From the human T2T-CHM13v2.0 reference genome, Homo sapiens: 64,000 nt of DNA. The translations under genes and the position numbers were made by a program. The stretch is from the NCBI RefSeq assembly GCF_009914755.1, contig NC_060932.1; one strand, 5' to 3'. The notes below the pieces were generated by a model. That model was not told the origin of the DNA and ran no database searches. It was given only the letters and a program-made list of their open reading frames with translations. This document shows positions 56,091 through 64,000 of this stretch, one piece after another (positions within the stretch are counted from its first letter, which is position 1; every line of letters starts with the position of its first letter).

Positions 56091-57068
56091 ATCATTGTAT
56101 CTTTGAGAAATGTAGAGTTCCTGGTGGTAGGGAATGCTTATAACTTTATGTTGTCTCAGTATCCATTTGTAAAATTACTATAGATTCAGCATATACATGT
56201 GTATGTTTGTTATATGGATATATTGTATAATGATGAAGTTTGGTTTTCTAGTGTAACCATCACCCAAATAGTGAACATTGTACCCAATAAGTAATTTTTC
56301 AATCGTCACCTTCTTCCCATCCTCCCACATTTTGGAGTCTCCAGTGTTTATTATTTCCATCTTTATGTTCATGTTTTCCCATTGTTTAGCTCCCATGTGA
56401 AAACATGTGGTTTCAATTTTCTGTTTCTGAGTTATTTCACTTAGGATAATAACCTCCAGCTCCATCTGCATTGCTGCAAAAGACATGATTTTGTTCTTTT
56501 TTATGGCTGTATAGTATTCCATGTTGTATATATTCTTTATTACATTATCTATTGATGGGTACTTAGGTTTATTCCATGAGTTTGCTGTTGTGAATAGTAC
56601 TGTAATAAACATATAAATCCAGGCATTTTATCATATATATATAGATAAAAATATATATATTTATCATATATATGACATATTTTATATATACATAGAGAGA
56701 GAGACTGCTGGGTTGAATGGTAGTTCTATTTTTAGTTCTTTGAGAAATCTCCATACTGTTTTCCATAGAGTTTCTATAAATTTACATTCCCACCAACAGT
56801 GTACAAGCATTCTCATTTCTTCAAATCCTCATCATCTGTTGTTTTTTGACTTTTTGGTAATAGCCATTCTAACTGGGTATGATGGTATCTCATTTGTAGT
56901 TTTAATTTGCATTTCTCTGATGATTAGTGTTATTCAGCATTTTTGCACATTTATTGGCTTCTTGTATGTCATCTTTGGGTAATATCTGTTCATTTTCTTT
57001 GTCCACTTTTTAATGTAGTTATTTTCTTTGTTCTTGTTGAGTTGTTTGAGTTTCATTATTTTAGATAT

Positions 57069-57451
57069 TGTATTCGTTTGTTTCCATACTGCTATAAAGA
57101 ACTGGTCAAGTATGGGTAATTTATAAAGGAAAGAGGTTTAATTGACTCACAGTTCAGTATGACTTGGGAGGCCCCAGGAAACTTACGGTCATGGCAGAAG
57201 GCAAAGGGAAAGCAAGGCATATTTTCACAGGGTGTCAGGAATAATTGCTGAGAGAAAAGGGAAAAGCCCCTTGTAAAACCATCAGCTCTCAGGAGAATTC
57301 ATTCACTATCACGAGAACAGCATGGGGAAAACCACCCCATGATTCAATTACCTCTGTCTGGTCTCTCCCTTGACACATGGAGATTATGGGGATTCTGGGG
57401 ATTACAATTCAAGATGAGATTTGGGTGGGGACACAAAGCCTAACCGCATTG
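57069..57451 (-). mobile_element. THE1D-like solo LTR
   Basis: 'tgtatt...actgctataaagaact'...'gatgagatttgggtggggacacaaagcc'; TSD gatat/gatgt. Confidence 0.92.
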
Positions 57452-58689
57452 GATGTTAACACATTGTCATATTCATAGTTTGCAACTGTTTTTTTATTAT
57501 TATTCTGTAGGTTATCTGTTTACATTATTGAATAAATAATGTTGATTGTTTAATCAACAGTGTAAACAGATAACCTAAAGAATGAAAAAAATACAGATTT
57601 TGCTGTGCAGAAGCTTCTTAGTTTAATTAAGTCCAATTTTTCTATATTTGGTTTTGTTGCATTTGCTTTTGAGCTGTCATAAATTATTTGTCTGCACCAC
57701 TGTCCAGAATAGCATTTCCTAAGTTTTCTTTTAGGATTTTCATAGTTTCAGGTCTTACATTTAAGTCTTTAATCTATCTTTAATCTATCTTGAGTTTTAT
57801 AATATTTATATGATAAGAGATAATGGTCCAGTTTTATTCTTCTGCATATTACTATCCAATTTTCCAAGTACCATTTATTGTCCTTTCTTTATTGTCTTTT
57901 GCCGACTTTGTCAAAGATGAATTGATTCTAGGTATGTAGCTTTATTTCTGGGTTATCTATTCTGTTCCATTTATCTATGTGTCTATTTCTGTACCAGTAT
58001 CATGCTTTTTTGGTTATAATAGCCTTGTATTATAATTTGAAGTCGGATTATTTGATGCCTCCAGCTTAGTTCTCTTTGCCTAAAATTGCTTTGGCTATTT
58101 GGGCTCTTTTTTTGTTCCATATGAATTTTAATTTTTTTTTTCTAATTCTGTAAAAGATGACACTGGTAATTTAATAGAAATAGCATTGAATCTGTAAACT
58201 GGTTTGAGCAGTATGGTTATTTTAACAATAATGATTCTTCCAATCCATTATCATGGGATGTTTTTTCATTGTTTGTGTCATCTAAGATTTCTTTCAGCAG
58301 TGTTTTGCAGTTCTCTTTGTAGAGATATTTCACCTCCTTGGTTAAATATATTCCTAGGTATTTTATTTGTGTGTGTGTGTGTGGCCACTTTAAGTGAGAC
58401 TGAGCTCTTGACTTGGTTCTTAGCTTGAACATTATTGGCATATAGACATCCTACTGTTTTTTGTACATTGATTTGGTATGCTGAAAATTTATTGATGTTT
58501 TTATCAAGTCTAGGAGTCTTTTGGAGAAGTCTTTAGGGTTTTCTAGATATAAGATAATTTTATCAGTGAACAGAGATAATTTGACTTCCTTCTTTTCAAT
58601 TTGGATGCCTTTTATTTCTTTCTCCTGTTGAATTGCTCTGACTAGTACTTCCAGTACTATGTTGAATAAGAGTGATGAGAGTGGGCATC

Positions 58690-59042
58690 TGATTTAGTTT
58701 GGCTGTGTCCCCACCCAAATCTCATCTTGAATTCCCATGTGTTTTGAGAGGGACCCAGTGGGAGGTAATTAATTATGGGGTCAGGTCTTTCCTGTGCTGT
58801 TCTTGTGATAGTGAATAAGTCTCATGAGATCTGATGGTTTTAAAAAGGGGAGTTTCCCTGCACAAGCTCTCTTTTTGTCTGCTGCCATCCATGGAAGACA
58901 TGACTTGCTCCTCCTTGCCTTCTGCCATGATCGTGAGGCTTTCCCAGCCACATGGAACTATAAGTCCGTTAACCCTCATTCTTTTGTAAATTGCCAGGTC
59001 TCAGGTATGGCTTTATCAGCAGCATGAAAGCAGACTAGTACA
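58690..59042 (+). mobile_element. THE1A/B solo LTR
   Basis: 'aaaaggggagtttccctgcacaagctctc', 'gctgccatccatg'; TSD gcatc/gcaac. Confidence 0.93.
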
Positions 59043-59089
59043 GCAACCTTATCTTGTTCCAGTTCTTAGGAAGATGTTTAGCTTTCTCA

Positions 59090-59569
59090 TAATAGAGGCA
59101 GGGTTTAATCACCCCTTAACATATTTTTCAGTTCCACCTCACAACCAAATGGCTCAAGCCAGTGGCCAGAGATAAGAATGAGGAAACATCTCCCCTGCCC
59201 AGAAGACTAAGCTCTCCACTTTCCCACTACTCCCTTTAAAGGGACCATTCAGGCATTTGCCCATGAACTTAAAGTGACCCAAACCCTATGCCCTAATATA
59301 TATGGTTAGTTGCTGTGATCTCTTCTGTCTCTCCAGCTGCACTTCCAGACGTCTATGTATGTGGCCTTGGTATTCTGGTTACCCCTTAGGGTCTGTAAGT
59401 ACTATAAACTCATGCTTTTACCTTGCAGACAAGGCTGCCCTGAAGGGACCCATGCAAGTGGATGTTCTTGCATGCATCCCTTCAGAGCAGCCTTGGCCAC
59501 AAAGGTGCCCTTTCTCTGGGCCTCTGGTGGCTTCAGTACTAACCACCTAAGTTGATGAAGAAACTCTCA
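59090..59569 (+). mobile_element. Old ERVL-class LTR (MER74/MER54-like group; family uncertain)
   Basis: GC-richer block with 'ccagagataagaa', TATA-like 'ctaatatatat', 'ctgtaagtactataaac', and a CA end. Confidence 0.6.
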
Positions 59570-59594
59570 AAGAGTTTTGTTCGAAACACTAATA

Positions 59595-59902
59595 TTGCTT
59601 CAATGTCACTTCTTTAGAGAGGATTTCCATGACCAAGAAATGTGAATATTTTCTCTAGTCTTTCTACTCCATCAGTCTATGTTTATTTTATTGTTTTCAA
59701 TAGCATTAATATTATGGAAAAGTTCCTTATCCCTTTGGTTGCTAGTGTAATGTCCATTTATCTCCTTCTTGACACCTGCACTATCAGTTACTCTCTGAAC
59801 ACAAGCTCCAGATTTGCTACAACTTACATCATCTCCTTAACAACTAAATCTTTAGGGCTAGCACAGTTCCAAGAACATAATAAATATTAAATAAACTGAA
59901 TA
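59595..59902 (+). mobile_element. L2 3' end
   Basis: 'aatgtcacttctttagagagg.tttccatgacca'...'ctagcacagttcc...aataaatatt'. Confidence 0.7.
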
Positions 59903-60202
59903 TGCAAATCTGTATATTAATTAAACAGTATTTGTTACTTAAGTAAATATTTAATATCTGTAGAGACAAATCAAGACAAATCACAAAGATTGAGACTGAG
60001 ACATATTTACTTACCATGATCTAATGTTCTAGAATTGACTTCTGCAATTAATAATGTATTTTATTATGTCATAGCTCTTAGTAAAAGAAATGTTATGCTT
60101 TCTAATGTCTGAACTAAATCTCTCAGACATCAAGTTATTGCTGGCTATTCATAGTAGGAATGGAGAAATGTGGAAATTCTCCATTCTGGAAGATTGTAGA
60201 AA

Positions 60203-60380
60203 TCAGTGGAAAGGAAATTTAGTTTTGGAGTCAGAAACACATGGGTTTATTTTGTGCTTAGAAGGTAGATTTATTATTCTTTAACTTAAAAAGATTAACC
60301 ACAATTCTGTAAGCATTGATTCTTTGCATTTGTGAAACATGTCCACATATAATTAATGTACATAAATGCTATCATGAAAA
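60203..60380 (+). mobile_element. MIR relic
   Basis: 'gtggaaagga...ttttggagtcagaaacacatgggttt'. Confidence 0.6.
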
Positions 60381-60429
60381 CATGCATATAATTCTATAGG
60401 ACCCCAGTAGTGTGCAAATCACTATGGCC

Positions 60430-60710
60430 TGATGAAATTAGGAAGACTTCAATGAGTAGAATACTTTTGAGCTGGATCTTGAATTTTGAGTAAAAATTCA
60501 ACAGAAGTTTGATGAAAATGACAGTACAAGGAAAAGGTACAACATGCAAGCACAATGTAGCATAAAAACATGAAGGCTTGTTCTAAGTACACAGATGTAT
60601 CCCTTGTAACTGGAGCATCAGTTTTATGTGGTTAGAAACTATAGTAACATAATATGTCATTTCCAGATTTTAGATTTACTAATGTAAAGTTCTGAATATT
60701 AAACATATGG
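60430..60710 (-). mobile_element. L2 relic
   Basis: 'aggaagacttc...ttttgagctggatcttgaa...aacatgcaa'. Confidence 0.6.
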
Positions 60711-60789
60711 ACACTTTCTCAGTCATCATAATTTGCCCTTAGACAGCTGGTTAAAGCACTACTTATTCAGATATGTTCCACTAATAGAA

Positions 60790-61265
60790 ATGATAGAAAC
60801 TACTTATTGCCCCAAAATCTTCAGAATTATTTATTTAATATTATTTCTTTAATAATGCAATGCCCAAATTTTAGCTGAGCACATTATTACCCAGCTATCC
60901 CACTACATTGCCTCGAAATTTTGGAAGCTAGATGTGGTCATGTGGCTACGTTTTGGCCAATACAATATTGCCAGATAAGTAAAATGTGTTACCTCTGGAT
61001 ATGCTCTTAAAAACATGTCATTCATTGGCCCATTTTCTCCTTCTGCAGGGCTAGAGTGTGAACATAATGGTTGGCAGTGAAGAAAACATCTTAGAATTTA
61101 CAATGGAAGTTACGTGCTTCAAGATGATAGAGTAAAAAGATAAAATTAGCCTGGATCTCTAGTCCACCTAATTAACATAATAGAAAAATCAAATTCTATC
61201 TTGTTTAAACTACGGATCTTTTCTTTTTTAGCTACAGCAGCTTAGACTGTATAGTAACTGATATA
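60790..61265 (+). mobile_element. MLT1J-family solo LTR
   Basis: 'gctagatgtggtcatgtggctacgttttggccaat', 'ttctatcttgtttaaac', 'taactgatata' end. Confidence 0.75.
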
Positions 61266-62504
61266 AAAGAAGCCATTAAAAAAGCACAATGAAAGTAGAG
61301 ATGTTAAATTGGGCTTTTCTTGCTGCCCCAAAATTGACCATGATGACCCAAAGTTATAGGTGAGAAGATAATAAATACCCTTATATTATGAAGGAGACTA
61401 CCTAAGAATTAGAGTTACATACTTCTGCTACAGTTTATCAAGAGGTTAATAAACTGGCACTACTATTACCATGTACCACTGTTCTAATAAATCTTATCAA
61501 ACTGTAAACAAAATTGAGAAGTGGAAAGAAAGTCAACGTTTGTAAGCATTGTTTGTACTAAATATTTTTATGCCCTATTACATAATGATCTTCTTTGAAA
61601 GTAAGAGAAGATAGAGACTCCAAGAAAATAAATTATAGGGCTCAAATGAGTCTACAATAAAAAGGAACTAGTATTTTGTTCTCTGATGGAGTATGCATAA
61701 GCAGAAGACCTGTTTATCTGCCTTTAATCTATCTGAGCTGTGATATAGATCAATAAACCAGTTATTCACATATACATATGATACAAAGGAGCACTTTACC
61801 CTAAAAATATGTCTGATTAATTCTCAAGTTCCTTAACTATTTGAGATCCACCAAAATCAAAAATTCATAAAGTAAATGCAATGCATTTTAAAGTTGTTAT
61901 AAAATCTGAAAATTAGTTCAATCTAGTTACTTTTGTATATATTGAAATAAATCACAATTTTTAAGTGTTAAGTGGTGCCAAATTACACTGATGGAGTTCA
62001 AATATCTGTGTAATCCTTTGTTACTTTCTATAGAAATGAAGACTAATTTACAGTAAAATTATTAAAAAATGTTTGGTAAGCAAAGTCAATTTAAAGTGCT
62101 ACTAATTTATTGGAAAATATGAAGCTAACATCTTAATTTTGGAGTAAATTAACAAACAATATTTGCTTTCTAGGCATCTTGAATTCTCTTGCTGAAGATA
62201 CCATTTCAAATAGAGAAATAAAAAGATGCTAAAATATTTGCCTTTATAAAATGAGTAAATTTTCTTGAATAATTTATTTGATAATTTATTTATTAACAAG
62301 AAATAAATTAACTTATTATTTTTTCAAAATATTCCAAAAATTCCTAAGGTTTTAAATATCTTTTGCAAAGGTCATAAGTGACCAAAATCTAAACATCTAC
62401 AATGAAAACTTATTATTAAGTTAATAATAAGTATATATTTGAGAAAATAAAACCTTTAAATGCTCCAGAGAATGATAAATATGTGATTGAAAAACAGTAA
62501 TTAA

Positions 62505-62912
<408 letters not shown>

Positions 62913-63364
62913 TGAAAAGCTAGGGTTTTCTTTGTCCTCAATTAATTTGAGTTAATAAGTGAATAGTTATTTAAGCAATAACAAAAAATATTATTTACAC
63001 AATCATTGGCATATACAGGTACATGTCCTTTGTTCCAGAGTGATGTGAGTTCAGAAATGCTATGTTTGAAAAGATAGTAGAAAGCTTCTGAAAAACCACT
63101 TTAATAATGTCTTTTCCATATATTTTCACAAAGGTTCATTAGAGCCTCTGGCCTACTAAAGGATCAGTAATGGCATGTTTTAACAGAAATAGTGATGATA
63201 TATGAAGATTGGAATTAGAGCCTGATATGAATAAACTTTGCCAGTACAGATGCAAATTGGAATATCAAAGAAATAAGGTTTAAAATCCCACCAAACTGTA
63301 TCTTTAATGCTCAGCAAATATTAGTCATATTAACAAAGAATGCAATAATTTCTCAACCTCAGTA

Positions 63365-63499
63365 ATTATGAATCAATTATTTTAATAAATCGCCTCTCCT
63401 CTCTCTCTTTTCTCTCTGTCTCTCTCTCTCTCTCTGTCTGTCTCTCTCTCTCTCTCTGTCTTAGTGGTTCTGTCTCTCAGGAGAACCCTGACTAATACA
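63365..63499 (+). mobile_element. MLT2 LTR 3' fragment with (TC)n
   Basis: 'aataaa' + (TC)n + 'ggttctgtctctcaggagaaccctgactaataca'. Confidence 0.8.
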
Positions 63500-64000
63500 A
63501 TGATGATATGTGTATATGAATTTGTTCTAATCCAAAGAAACAGCAGATCTATTTGAAACAAAACCATCTATTAAAGCAACCATCATACCAACTGGTTCAA
63601 ACAAGAAGCCCATTATCTTAATTGAAAATATTTGCAGTTTTTTGTTGGTTTGTTTTTGTTTTTGTTGTTTTTCCATTATCTTCTTTGACAACAGCCTTTA
63701 GGAGTTTCTCTCAGAATTAACCTTGACTAGGACCCAAGGAAAGAATGAGAAGTTTTGATCTTTCTTCCTGTTTATATTTTTTATTCTTACTCAGCACTAC
63801 ACATATTTTCTATGCACCAAGAGGGAGAAAAACATACAATAAATTACATGAGTCTTACTTTGATGACCACAAATAAATTCCCATTTTCTGACATGTACCT
63901 TATATTCTGGTTTCATAACAAATAGAGAAAATGAGTCAATGACATTTACTTAAAATCTTCAGTAGCTAAAATAGGACATTGAATGACAGAAACAAATCAT

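Larger units (their letters stand above)
56178..59088 (-). mobile_element. L1PB (about L1PB4) 3' part, interrupted by two THE1 LTRs
   Basis: 'ccatcacccaaatagtgaacattgtacccaataagtaatt' L1PB 3' UTR; minus ORF2 remnants (58217-58441). Confidence 0.92.

Overview
AT-rich, CpG-depleted primate (human-like) non-coding DNA made up largely of decayed transposable elements. I find no supportable protein-coding exon, RNA gene, CRISPR array or new multi-gene system. The recognisable ORFs in the track come from repeats (L1 ORF2, Tigger1 transposase, THE1 internal region, Alu) and the rest look like chance ORFs. Contents: 11 Alus plus 2 free monomers, about 10 L1 copies (L1PA8 to L1MC age), a complete THE1 provirus, solo MaLR/MLT2/ERVL LTRs, Tigger1/3a/4 DNA transposons, MIR/L2 relics and microsatellites. 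Subfamily names come from recalled consensus sequences and need RepeatMasker confirmation. The most unusual signal is a perfect 44-bp inverted repeat (49658-49754) inserted in an old L1 ORF2 and apparently copied from the same element's 3' end about 1.2 kb downstream. Several other fold-back or template-switch scars and three 5'-inverted (twin-primed) L1s are also visible.
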